From NCBI GenBank assembly GCA_000998135.1, contig LCCV01000010.1, positions 9,073-73,072 on the forward strand: a stretch of DNA of 64,000 nucleotides, written 5' to 3'. The notes beneath the pieces are model-generated. The model ran no database searches. It saw only the letters and a list, made by a program, of their open reading frames with translations, and was not told the origin of the DNA. This document shows, in pieces, positions 56,836 through 64,000 of the stretch. This DNA is from Parcubacteria group bacterium GW2011_GWA2_42_14. GTDB lineage: Bacteria > Patescibacteriota > Minisyncoccia > Sungbacterales > GWA2-42-14. Within the stretch, counting starts at the first letter, position 1, and every line of letters begins with the position of its first letter. A program made the translations under genes and the position numbers.

Positions 56836-56950
56836 CACCCCGTTAGAGGTTTGAAGTTGGGTAGCCGTTTAAAATAGGACGTAAAGCGAAAGCGGCTTAC
56901 GCCTTATATTCATGCCTGAATATGGCCATCTTTAAACCTCTAACGGGGTT
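56836..56950. repeat. element bounded by CACCCCGTTAGAGGTTTG / AAACCTCTAACGGGGTT
   Basis: 14-bp terminal inverted repeats; inner stem gtaaagcgaaagcggcttac. Confidence 0.5.
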
Positions 56951-57012
56951 GACATTGTTTTATATTTGCCGTACATATTAAGTACTGTGGAAAATAACGC
57001 AAGGAGAGAGAA

Positions 57013-57435
57013 ATGTTTGAAAAACCGACGCAGGGTGTTGAAAGATGGATTGATGAAAAAGGCCAAACCATTATCGTAAAATCGTTCTTTAGCAAGTTTT
57101 ATATAGACCCGGAAATGGAAAGATTAAGCAGGGATTATAATATCTGGGAATGCGACGGTAAAATACGTTATTCAAGTTTGGGTAAGGGGGAGAAAGAGCA
57201 TCTTGCGGCCCGTATCCTTGGATTGGTCAGAGTAGTAAGCGATAGTGACGGCCCCCGTTTGGTTGGTATTAAAAAGAATGAGTTAGAGATGTTTGCCGGA
57301 AGATCATACGAAGATTGGTTCATTAACGGATTTGTTGAATACGGCTTTTTAAGGGAGAAATTGATTAAAGGAGAATTGGTGCTCTTTCCTACGGAAAAAC
57401 TTCTGGAAAATCAGCGTATCAGCAAAAGAAAATAA
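57013..57435 (+). CDS. hypothetical protein (140 aa)
   Basis: ORF with SD-like GGAGAGAGAAATG. Confidence 0.45.
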   Translation: MFEKPTQGVERWIDEKGQTIIVKSFFSKFYIDPEMERLSRDYNIWECDGKIRYSSLGKGEKEHLAARILGLVRVVSDSDGPRLVGIKKNELEMFAGRSYEDWFINGFVEYGFLREKLIKGELVLFPTEKLLENQRISKRK

Positions 57436-57474
57436 TTTTTATACAAGGCCTTATTTACAAGGCCTTTTTATAAT

Positions 57475-57504
57475 AAAAAAAGACGCGAAATGCGTCTTAT
57501 TTTT
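57475..57504. terminator. bidirectional terminator agacgcgaaatgcgtct + T-run
   Basis: Perfect hairpin; similar hairpin at 57838-57860. Confidence 0.6.
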
Positions 57505-57793
57505 CTTGATTTTTTTCCTGATTCTTTTTTACTTCATCGGCAATGTCTTTTATGAGCCGCTGTCGCCGTTCCTCATGCAGTTTTCTCATTTCGTTGAGAT
57601 GAATTTTTAACATTTCAAGTGTAAAGATAGACAGTGCTGGTCCAAGGATGAGCACCATCGGCCCTACCGGAAGGATATATGAGGCAATGCTTACGGCAAT
57701 ACCAACTCCTGCGTACGCACTGTAACGTTTACCAAACCAGATTCCTGCGATAGCAGCAAGAACTAATGTTATTATGATTCTGCCGATTTCCAT
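57497..57793 (-). CDS. small membrane protein (98 aa), hypothetical
   Basis: Two TM helices plus basic C-terminus. Confidence 0.45.
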   Translation of the reverse strand: MEIGRIIITLVLAAIAGIWFGKRYSAYAGVGIAVSIASYILPVGPMVLILGPALSIFTLEMLKIHLNEMRKLHEERRQRLIKDIADEVKKNQEKNQEK

Positions 57794-58299
57794 AAAATTA
57801 CCTCTTTTGCGTTTTTAAGCAACTATCCTAAGTTTATATGATTAAAGACGCGAAACGCGCCTTATTCTGAATTGATAATTGCGAGAAGAGCAACCCAAGT
57901 AGCTAAAAGAAAAAGTTGTAGTCCGCCAAGTAGCCACGCCTCCATACCAAAAAGAACCAGATTTTGCCATAATCCTTCGGGCGAGAAGAGTTTATAGGCG
58001 AATAGCCACAGCCAGGTTGGAATAAGCGCTAAGGCAAGAGCAATAAGGCCAAAGAGGGTTTTGAATATTGGTATTTCCTTCAGTTTTTAACGAACTGGCA
58101 TTGTAGTATAGCAGGTTATTTTCGTGCGTCAAGGTTTGCTATATACAGATAGTTTTATATAATTAAAATATAGAAAATAGGTTTTATTCTTCGAGCGGAA
58201 TCGAGAAGTTTTACTTCGATAAACTCAGTATAGGCATTATGGTAAAGTTCTCAACAGAGCCAGCTTAGCTGGTCAGGCTCGAACACTAATAAGTTTTGG

Positions 58300-58375
58300 G
58301 GTTAAAAAGTCATTCTGAGGCAACAGCCGAAGAATCTTGTTTTTTTGAGATTCTTCACTTCGTTCAGAATGACTC
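58300..58375. repeat. GTCATTCTGAGG...GAAGAATC...GATTCTTC...TTCAGAATGACTC hairpin element
   Basis: Inverted duplication of the GTCATTCTGAG/GAAGAATC unit. Confidence 0.5.
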
Positions 58376-58383
58376 AATAAGTT

Positions 58384-58938
58384 ATGTGGTTGCTTTATTA
58401 TATTTTTATTGGCGTTCCGATTGCGGTTATCGGGTGGCTGGTCATAATTTACAATAGTTTGATAAGCGGTAAACAGCAGATTCAAGAGGCCTGGTCGGAT
58501 ATTGAAGTCCAGTTGAAGCGCCGGTATGATTTGATTCCGAATGTCATTGAAACCGTTAAAGGATACGCGTCGCATGAGCGGAATCTTTTTGAAAAAGTAA
58601 CGCAAGCCAGAACCGCGGCTATGGGCGCAAAAAGCGCTCAAGAACATGCTCAATCGGAAAATATGCTTTCCAATACCCTGAAAACTCTTTTTGCGGTTGC
58701 GGAAAATTATCCCGATCTGAAAGCCAATGTTAATTTTCTTGATTTGCAAAGAGAATTGGCCGATACGGAAAATAAAATCCAGGCATCCCGCAGGTTTTAT
58801 AACGGCAATGTGCGCGATTTCAACATTAAGATACAATCTTTTCCCTCAAATTTTGTCGCCCGCGCCTTTGGTTTCAAAGAAGCGGAATTTTTTGATATGA
58901 ATGAGAGAGAAAAGGCCGTTCCAACCGTAAAATTTTAA
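58384..58938 (+). CDS. lemA: LemA family protein
   Basis: N-terminal TM and conserved LemA core (EAWSDIEVQLKRRYDLIPN...RRFYN). Confidence 0.85.
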   Translation: MWLLYYIFIGVPIAVIGWLVIIYNSLISGKQQIQEAWSDIEVQLKRRYDLIPNVIETVKGYASHERNLFEKVTQARTAAMGAKSAQEHAQSENMLSNTLKTLFAVAENYPDLKANVNFLDLQRELADTENKIQASRRFYNGNVRDFNIKIQSFPSNFVARAFGFKEAEFFDMNEREKAVPTVKF

Positions 58939-58989
58939 ATCGCCATCTCTGAATTCTAAATAAATTTCAATTGCAATTTTTTAAGTGAA

Positions 58990-59044
58990 TTAAGCGAGTT
59001 AAGCCAGTTAAGCTTAATTTACTTAATTCACTTAACTTGCTTAG
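58990..59044. repeat. hairpin TTAAGTGAATTAAG...CTTAATTCACTTAA
   Basis: 14-bp perfect arms with a 27-nt loop containing TTAAGC repeats. Confidence 0.5.
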
Positions 59045-59311
59045 TAAGCTTATTTAAAAACGGGGCTTGCTTTTTTCACAGTTTTTGTTATAATAGAGTT
59101 AATACGGTAGTTAATGCCGAAAAATGGGTATTTTCCAGGAGGGAATCCCAGGAAGGCGAAAAACCCTGCTTTTTCTGTAATCTTGCGGGGAGGTCGAACT
59201 ACTGCAATATCGCGAATTATCACAAATTGATTGCATCGCTAATCAAACACGAATACTCTTTTTAGAGATAATTTGAGACGGGATTCGAGATTGATTAGTG
59301 ATTGAGCATAT

Positions 59312-59635
59312 ATGGCAAGAGCTGAACACGCAGACGCGGAATTTTTGGAATATGTCGTAAAGTCCCTTGTTGACAATCCCGACGCCGTAAAGGTGGATAG
59401 GAAAGTTGATGAGATGGGAGTTCTTTTGACTCTCAAGGTTGGTCCCGAAAGTATGGGGCAGGTAATCGGGCGAAACGGCAATACCGCTAAAGCTATCCGA
59501 ACCTTGCTTCGAGTTGTGGGTTTGAAAAACAGCGCCCGCGTTAACTTGAAGATTGAAGAGCCGGAAGGCGGAAGAGGTCCGCGAATGGAACGAAGAACAA
59601 GCGTTGACGAAGTTGTTGATGACTTGAGACTTTAA
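59312..59635 (+). CDS. khpA: KH-domain RNA-binding protein (KhpA/YlqC-like)
   Basis: KH motif VIGRNGNTAKAIRTLL; usual neighbourhood with trmD. Confidence 0.7.
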   Translation: MARAEHADAEFLEYVVKSLVDNPDAVKVDRKVDEMGVLLTLKVGPESMGQVIGRNGNTAKAIRTLLRVVGLKNSARVNLKIEEPEGGRGPRMERRTSVDEVVDDLRL

Positions 59636-59660
59636 TCGAAATTTAAACATAAAATCCCCT

Positions 59661-59690
59661 GAGTTTATCAAAGGGGATTTTATGTTTGCG
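59661..59690 (+). terminator. Rho-independent terminator (aaatcccctgagtttatcaaaggggatttt)
   Basis: Perfect stem plus T-run. Confidence 0.7.
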
Positions 59691-59761
59691 GCCATTGGTG
59701 TTAAAATTAAAAGGCGCAACTATGCGCCAAATGAAAAGTTTTTTATGCGTTTTGATATTTT

Positions 59762-59968
59762 TTACAATTTTTCCTCGAATATGATATGCTCTCCCCAGTA
59801 GTGATATATCACCGAGGAGTGCTCTATCCCCTCCCATCTGATTTCAATGGTTGGCTCGCCTCTGTCCATGAAAAGTTTTGTAATTATGCCGATATTGCCA
59901 AGCACTGAACGTACTTTTTGTCCGACGCGAAGTTTTTCCCAGGGAACATCGCTGAGGAATGTTGGCAT
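59762..59968 (-). CDS. hypothetical small protein (68 aa)
   Basis: ORF only. Confidence 0.35.
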   Translation of the reverse strand: MPTFLSDVPWEKLRVGQKVRSVLGNIGIITKLFMDRGEPTIEIRWEGIEHSSVIYHYWGEHIIFEEKL

Positions 59969-60142
59969 GGCTTTTCTTCTTCTTTTTTTAAGGCAACTGA
60001 TAACATGGTATCAATGGTATTAACATTTGTCAATATACGTTTTGATATTATTATCCCGATTTCTCAAAATTTTTAGAGAAATTGAGGACTCTCGATTTTG
60101 TAGTTCCGCGCGGCGAAAACAAAATCGGGGCATTTTTCCACT

Positions 60143-60871
60143 ATGAAGTTCGATATTATAACTATATTTCCCGAAGCATTTGAATCATATTTAAATGCCT
60201 CAATGTTTAAACGCGCCCAAGAGAAAAAAATCGCGGATATTCGCGTTCACGATTTAAGAAAGTTCGCGCAAGATAAACACAAAAAAGTGGATGACCGGCC
60301 GTATGGCGGAGGTCCGGGAATGGTGCTCAAAATTGAGTCCATTGTAAGAGCCATCGAGTCAATTTTGAGAAATTCTAAATTCAAAATCCTAAATTCTGAA
60401 CAAATTCAAAATTCAAAATTCAAAATTCAAAATTCACGGACTAAAATTATTATTTTTTCCGCTTCAGGAAAACAGTTTGACGCAAAAATGGCGGATGATT
60501 TTGCAAAAAAATACAACCACATCATTATGATTTGCGGCCACTATGAAGGCGTTGACGAGCGAGTTAAGCGTGTGATTCACGATTCAGGATTCATGGTTCA
60601 AGAACTGTCCGTCGGTCCTTACGTTTTAACCGGTGGCGAGCTTCCGGCCATGATAGTAATTGATGCCGTTTCTCGGCATATACCCGGGTTTTTGGGCAAA
60701 GCCGAATCTTTGGAAGAAAAACGCTATGGCATTGGCGTGCCGGTATATACCAGGCCGGAAATATTTAAGCATAAGGGCAAGAAATTCACAGTGCCAAAAG
60801 TACTTTTATCAGGCGCTCATAAAAAGATTGCCGCCTGGCGCGAATCTCGCGTTAGGCGAGCCTCGCCTTGA
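60143..60871 (+). CDS. trmD: tRNA (guanine37-N1)-methyltransferase with in-frame low-complexity insertion
   Basis: SPOUT/TrmD motifs (DDRPYGGGPGMVL; GHYEGVDERV; LTGGELPAM). Confidence 0.9.
   Translation: MKFDIITIFPEAFESYLNASMFKRAQEKKIADIRVHDLRKFAQDKHKKVDDRPYGGGPGMVLKIESIVRAIESILRNSKFKILNSEQIQNSKFKIQNSRTKIIIFSASGKQFDAKMADDFAKKYNHIIMICGHYEGVDERVKRVIHDSGFMVQELSVGPYVLTGGELPAMIVIDAVSRHIPGFLGKAESLEEKRYGIGVPVYTRPEIFKHKGKKFTVPKVLLSGAHKKIAAWRESRVRRASP
60367..60437. repeat. AATTCTAAATTCAAAATCCTAAATTC...(AAATTCAAA)x4 repeat inside trmD, in frame
   Basis: Encodes RNSKFKILNSEQIQNSKFKIQNSR inside the TrmD fold (inference that this tract is an insertion; no alignment run). Confidence 0.65.
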
Positions 60872-60967
60872 AAGGGCGTGAGAAATATGGAGAAAAAACA
60901 TAGGACATAATTTATGGCTTAACAATTTATGATAATTTTGATAGTATATATAAGAAGTTCCTTGTAA

Positions 60968-61621
60968 ATGTCAATAAAGGGCCGGAAGATGAGCGGTAAA
61001 ACCGAATTTATCAGAATTACTTTTATAATGGCTTTGTTTTTAACAATTAGCTGGATTTTTCCCGTGCCGGCTTTTTCTTTAACCCCTATTGAGGAAATTA
61101 GAGCCGCAACTGACCAGGTTTTGTTAATTTTTAAAAATAGTAAGTTAAACGATGAACAAAAAAAGAAACTTGTCCGCGAAGCGCTTCTTCCAAAATTTGA
61201 TTTTGATGAAATTTCAAAGAGGGTATTGGCCCGCCACCACCAGAAATATTCCGGCCGGATGAATGAATTTACTCCTTTGTTTACCGAGTTGTTGGAAAGC
61301 GCTTATTTAAGAAATATGCAGCTTGAATCCGTAAGAAGCGCCAGATTCGTTTATATAAATGAACGGATAGATGATGGTTTTGCCACGGTTGAAACAAAAA
61401 TTATAACCGCCCGGGGTTTGGAAATAGATGTTGGTTATAGAATGAGATTATTAGGCGGACAATGGAAAGTTTACGATATTCTGGTTGAGGGTATTAGCAT
61501 GGTTTCTAATTACCGCTCGCAATTTAATAAGATTCTTTCAAGTTCTTCACCTTTGCCGTTTGACGAGTTATTGAATAAAATGCGCGGGAAAGTAAATTTA
61601 ATGAATAGCCGCCAAAAGTAA
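60968..61621 (+). CDS. MlaC/Ttg2D-like periplasmic lipid-binding protein (tentative)
   Basis: Signal peptide; FDFDEISKRVLARHHQKYS resembles the MlaC conserved block. Confidence 0.45.
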   Translation: MSIKGRKMSGKTEFIRITFIMALFLTISWIFPVPAFSLTPIEEIRAATDQVLLIFKNSKLNDEQKKKLVREALLPKFDFDEISKRVLARHHQKYSGRMNEFTPLFTELLESAYLRNMQLESVRSARFVYINERIDDGFATVETKIITARGLEIDVGYRMRLLGGQWKVYDILVEGISMVSNYRSQFNKILSSSSPLPFDELLNKMRGKVNLMNSRQK

Positions 61622-61663
61622 TTGGCGGTTTTTTGTTGGTTGTTCAAAATTTTAAAATCTGCC

Positions 61664-61691
61664 ATTCTCCGATTCGCGCGAATCGGAGAAT
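61664..61691. promoter_or_regulatory. perfect 28-bp palindrome ATTCTCCGATTCGCGCGAATCGGAGAAT
   Basis: Between the MlaC-like gene and the GH1 gene; could be a terminator or an operator. Confidence 0.5.
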
Positions 61692-61737
61692 AGTCACTTT
61701 CTTTCTTTTTTGTTTGGAAACATGGTATAACTGTGTT

Positions 61738-63021
61738 ATGCCGCAATTTTATTTTCCAAAAGGTTTTTATTTTGGCGCATCAACCTCGGCTCATCAGGTT
61801 GAAGGCGGAAATAATAATGATTGGACAGAATGGGAGCATGCGAATAGCGCTCGCCTTGCCGCTGAGGCAGCAAGGCGTCATGCGAAAGCGCCCATGCGAA
61901 TACCGGATTACATTTTGAATAATTACCCGAATCCGTTGCAGGAGGAAAATTATATTTCCGGCAAAGCATGCGACCACTATAACCGTTTTCGGGAAGATTT
62001 TGACATTGCCAAAAAACTAGGCCACAACGCCCATCGTTTTTCAATTGAATGGTCGCGGATTGAACCGGAAGAAGGGAAATTTAACGAGGCAGAAATTGAG
62101 CATTATCGTGAGGTAATTAAAGCCCTTCGAGAGCGCGGCATTGAGCCGTTTGTAACGCTGTGGCATTGGACGAATCCAGTTTGGTTTTCAGAACGCGGCG
62201 GCTGGAAGAAAAAAGACGCGAAAGATTGTTTTTTGAGATATTGCAAAAAAATTATTTCCGCGCTTGAAGATGTTCGTTTTTTGATGATTTTGAATGAACC
62301 GGAAGCTCCTGTTCGGCATGGTTATATTATTAAAGATAGGCCGCCTGCGGTTGGCAATATTGTAGACGCCTATGTTGTTTTGAAGAATTTAATGGAAGCT
62401 CACAAAGAAGGGTACACACTACTAAAGGATTTGAGAAATGATTTACAAATAGGCATTTCTGAAAATCTCGTTTTTTTTGAACCTTATAACCATTTGCCAA
62501 ATAATTATCTCGGGATGAAATTAATTAAATGGTGGAGAAATAATCCATTTTTTTCTCGACTTATTCGTTATTCAGATTTTATCGGTTTTCAATATTATTT
62601 TCATTCTAGAATAAGAATCAACCCTCTTGTTTCAAGATGGGGTATTCAGTTTAATGAGAATAAAGAGCTAAGTGATTTTGGCTGGGAAATTTATCCGGAA
62701 GGAATTTATCATGTTTTGAAAGATTTGAAAAAATACGGGAAGCCGATTTATATAACCGAAAATGGTTTGGCCGACGCGCGAGACGAAAAAAGGGCAAAAT
62801 TTATTGAAGAACATTTGCGGTGGGTTGCTAAAGCAATTAAGGAGGGCGTTGACGTCCGCGGCTATTTCTACTGGTCGCTTTTTGATAACTTTGAATGGGA
62901 CAAGGGTTTCTGGCTAAGATTCGGATTGGTTGAAGTTGATTATAAAACAATGGAGCGGAAAATTAGACAAAGTGCTTGGGAGTATGCTAAGATAACCAAA
63001 GAAAATTCTATTGCTCTTTAA
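61738..63021 (+). CDS. glycoside hydrolase family 1 (beta-glucosidase-like)
   Basis: GH1 signatures: FGASTSAHQVEG, acid/base LNEP, nucleophile YITENG. Confidence 0.88.
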   Translation: MPQFYFPKGFYFGASTSAHQVEGGNNNDWTEWEHANSARLAAEAARRHAKAPMRIPDYILNNYPNPLQEENYISGKACDHYNRFREDFDIAKKLGHNAHRFSIEWSRIEPEEGKFNEAEIEHYREVIKALRERGIEPFVTLWHWTNPVWFSERGGWKKKDAKDCFLRYCKKIISALEDVRFLMILNEPEAPVRHGYIIKDRPPAVGNIVDAYVVLKNLMEAHKEGYTLLKDLRNDLQIGISENLVFFEPYNHLPNNYLGMKLIKWWRNNPFFSRLIRYSDFIGFQYYFHSRIRINPLVSRWGIQFNENKELSDFGWEIYPEGIYHVLKDLKKYGKPIYITENGLADARDEKRAKFIEEHLRWVAKAIKEGVDVRGYFYWSLFDNFEWDKGFWLRFGLVEVDYKTMERKIRQSAWEYAKITKENSIAL

Positions 63022-63035
63022 AAGGAAACAAATCA

Positions 63036-63380
63036 ATGAACGAGAATTCTATTGAATTCTTGATTGAAGTTTTAACACCCGAACTTGCCGCTTTTGTTTT
63101 TTGTGAATCAAAAGAAAAATTGTTTGAATATGAAAATAATTTTAATACTATGCCTGCTGAAGTAAAAGCGCGTTTGGATTTTTTGCTGAAAATTATTAAA
63201 CACCTTGAAGAAATATGTAATGACGAAGGCGTGCGTCAATGGTTTTTCCGGCCAAGAGTACGACTTAACGGCATAAGTCCCATAATAATTTTTTATAAAG
63301 GTCGCTGGAAACCGGAAGACGAATTGCCGCAAGCTGTCATGCGTTTTGCTGAATCATTATGTGATGCCGACGTTACATAA
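63036..63380 (+). CDS. hypothetical protein (114 aa)
   Basis: ORF followed by two hairpin terminators. Confidence 0.4.
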   Translation: MNENSIEFLIEVLTPELAAFVFCESKEKLFEYENNFNTMPAEVKARLDFLLKIIKHLEEICNDEGVRQWFFRPRVRLNGISPIIIFYKGRWKPEDELPQAVMRFAESLCDADVT

Positions 63381-63439
63381 ATAATAAAAAAGCCCGTTCC
63401 GGAGCGGTCGTTATACGGCCTATCCCGGGCGGGTTATTT

Positions 63440-63470
63440 TTTAAAATCGGGGTAACTTTACCCCGTTTTT
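63440..63470. terminator. hairpin cggggtaactttaccccg + ttttt
   Basis: Stem plus T-run. Confidence 0.55.
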
Positions 63471-63627
63471 ACTTAGTGTTAGCAACGATTGCGGTTGAAA
63501 CAACTGCAAATATTCCGCCAAAGAATAATGTTACAAGTATGGCGCCGGGATTTCCAGACCAATATATCGCGGAAACGGCCATTAAGGCGTAGCTTAGCCA
63601 TATTGCGGCAATGGCGATGTATTTCAT
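63469..63627 (-). CDS. small hydrophobic protein (52 aa, MKYIAIAAIWLSYALMAVSAIYWSG...)
   Basis: AAGGGGG SD 5 nt upstream of ATG; the overlapping ORF-track entry 63479-63679 is in another frame and looks spurious. Confidence 0.35.
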   Translation of the reverse strand: MKYIAIAAIWLSYALMAVSAIYWSGNPGAILVTLFFGGIFAVVSTAIVANTK

Positions 63628-63686
63628 TGTTGCCCCCTTGTTTGTTTTTGGTTCTGGTTATTATGTAGCAATGCCTCAAAAATTTG

Positions 63687-64000
63687 TCAATAGTCTTTTT
63701 CTTTAAATACGCTTTTTACGCGGTTGCGGGATGATTCGTTGTCCGGTTCAATTTGGATATTGGCGCAAATTAATTTAGGATATCGTTCGCGAAGGGCAAG
63801 TTTTACTCTATGAGAAATGTTATCGTGGGCGGCCTCAATGCTCATTTTGGAATGGACGCCTATATGAATATCCATGAAAAAGGCGTCTTTTCTTCCCCGT
63901 GAACGAATGGCGTGGCAGAATTTTACCCCGCTGATTGACGTTACAAATGTTTTAATTTCGTCTTCAGGCACAACTGCGGCGTCACAGAGAGTGGCTATTG
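63687..64000 (-). CDS. cation diffusion facilitator family transporter, C-terminal cytoplasmic domain (3' end; gene continues past the window edge)
   Basis: CDF C-terminal motif FMDIHIGVHSKMSIEAAHDNISHRVKLALRERYP...IQIEP; frame open to position 64000. Confidence 0.7.
   Translation of the reverse strand, partial: IATLCDAAVVPEDEIKTFVTSISGVKFCHAIRSRGRKDAFFMDIHIGVHSKMSIEAAHDNISHRVKLALRERYPKLICANIQIEPDNESSRNRVKSVFKEKDY

Noticed and set aside
57871-58080. Possible ~70-aa hydrophobic minus-strand ORF (…IFKTLFGLIALALALIPTWLWLF…)
   Set aside because: There is no ATG, GTG or TTG start in frame upstream of the hydrophobic segment (only CTG after an in-frame TAA). It is possibly a decayed paralog of the neighbouring 98-aa membrane protein and is not called.
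58273-58836. 187-aa minus-strand ORF
   Set aside because: Antisense to the well-supported LemA gene.
63479-63679. ORF-track 66-aa minus ORF (MRHCYIITRTKNK...)
   Set aside because: Cys/Arg-rich nonsense with no SD. A different frame (63469-63627) gives a hydrophobic 52-aa protein preceded by an AAGGGGG SD, which is the more plausible gene.

Overview
The window is low-GC (~40%) and gene-dense, with short genes, many hypotheticals, few clear SD sites and no tRNA/rRNA detected. This fits a CPR/Patescibacteria-like (Parcubacteria-type) chromosome; the taxonomic call is inference.

Recognisable core genes, left to right:
- Tail of the spc/alpha ribosomal cluster: infA-rpmJ-rpsM-rpsK-rpsD-rpoA-rplQ, then rplM-rpsI.
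- murA; a lone mreB paralog; RelE/ParE toxin-antitoxin pair; holB; BNR-repeat protein; frr; tlyA; rseP.
- An FAD oxidoreductase, DsbA-like protein, DUF3105 protein, trxB-like, gdh, gap, proS.
- A full mreB-mreC-mreD-mrdA operon; greA, lysS, rdgB, serS, alr, uvrC (short form), ctpA, uvrA.
- Two tandem CDP-alcohol phosphatidyltransferases; CIRCE-groES-groEL; LemA; khpA; trmD; an MlaC-like gene; a GH1 beta-glucosidase; and the 3' end of a CDF transporter gene.

Features beyond ordinary gene content:
1. An AAATCCCAAATCCC / AAATTCAAAATTC simple-repeat family is embedded in frame in uvrA, uvrC (three times), alr (twice) and trmD. The encoded peptides are NPKSQ / NSKFKI-rich, and a related copy lies between mreB and mreC.
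2. A ~65% GC island (30556-30920) carries an 84-aa arginine-rich gene with a strong SD, directly upstream of the mre operon.
3. A 26-codon uORF begins with MreB's first 12 codons, differing from mreB only at synonymous sites, followed by a long-range CCCCGCACCAA inverted repeat. The same repeat type recurs downstream of groEL.
4. Several further families of dispersed hairpin repeats: twin ~100-bp elements after rpoA and rplM, CATG-rich elements in front of r-protein genes, CCCCGTTAGAGG-flanked elements, GTCATTCTGAG...GAAGAATC elements, and GAAGTCCGACTTC palindromes.
5. A small minus-strand island (12.3-13.9 kb) with two paralogous small proteins behind an 18-bp palindromic operator, an unknown 251-aa protein, identical bidirectional terminators, and an adjacent TA pair.
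6. A Gly/Arg-rich zinc-ribbon protein gene preceded by five CACGAATAT sites.

No CRISPR array, integrase, transposase or rRNA/tRNA was found.
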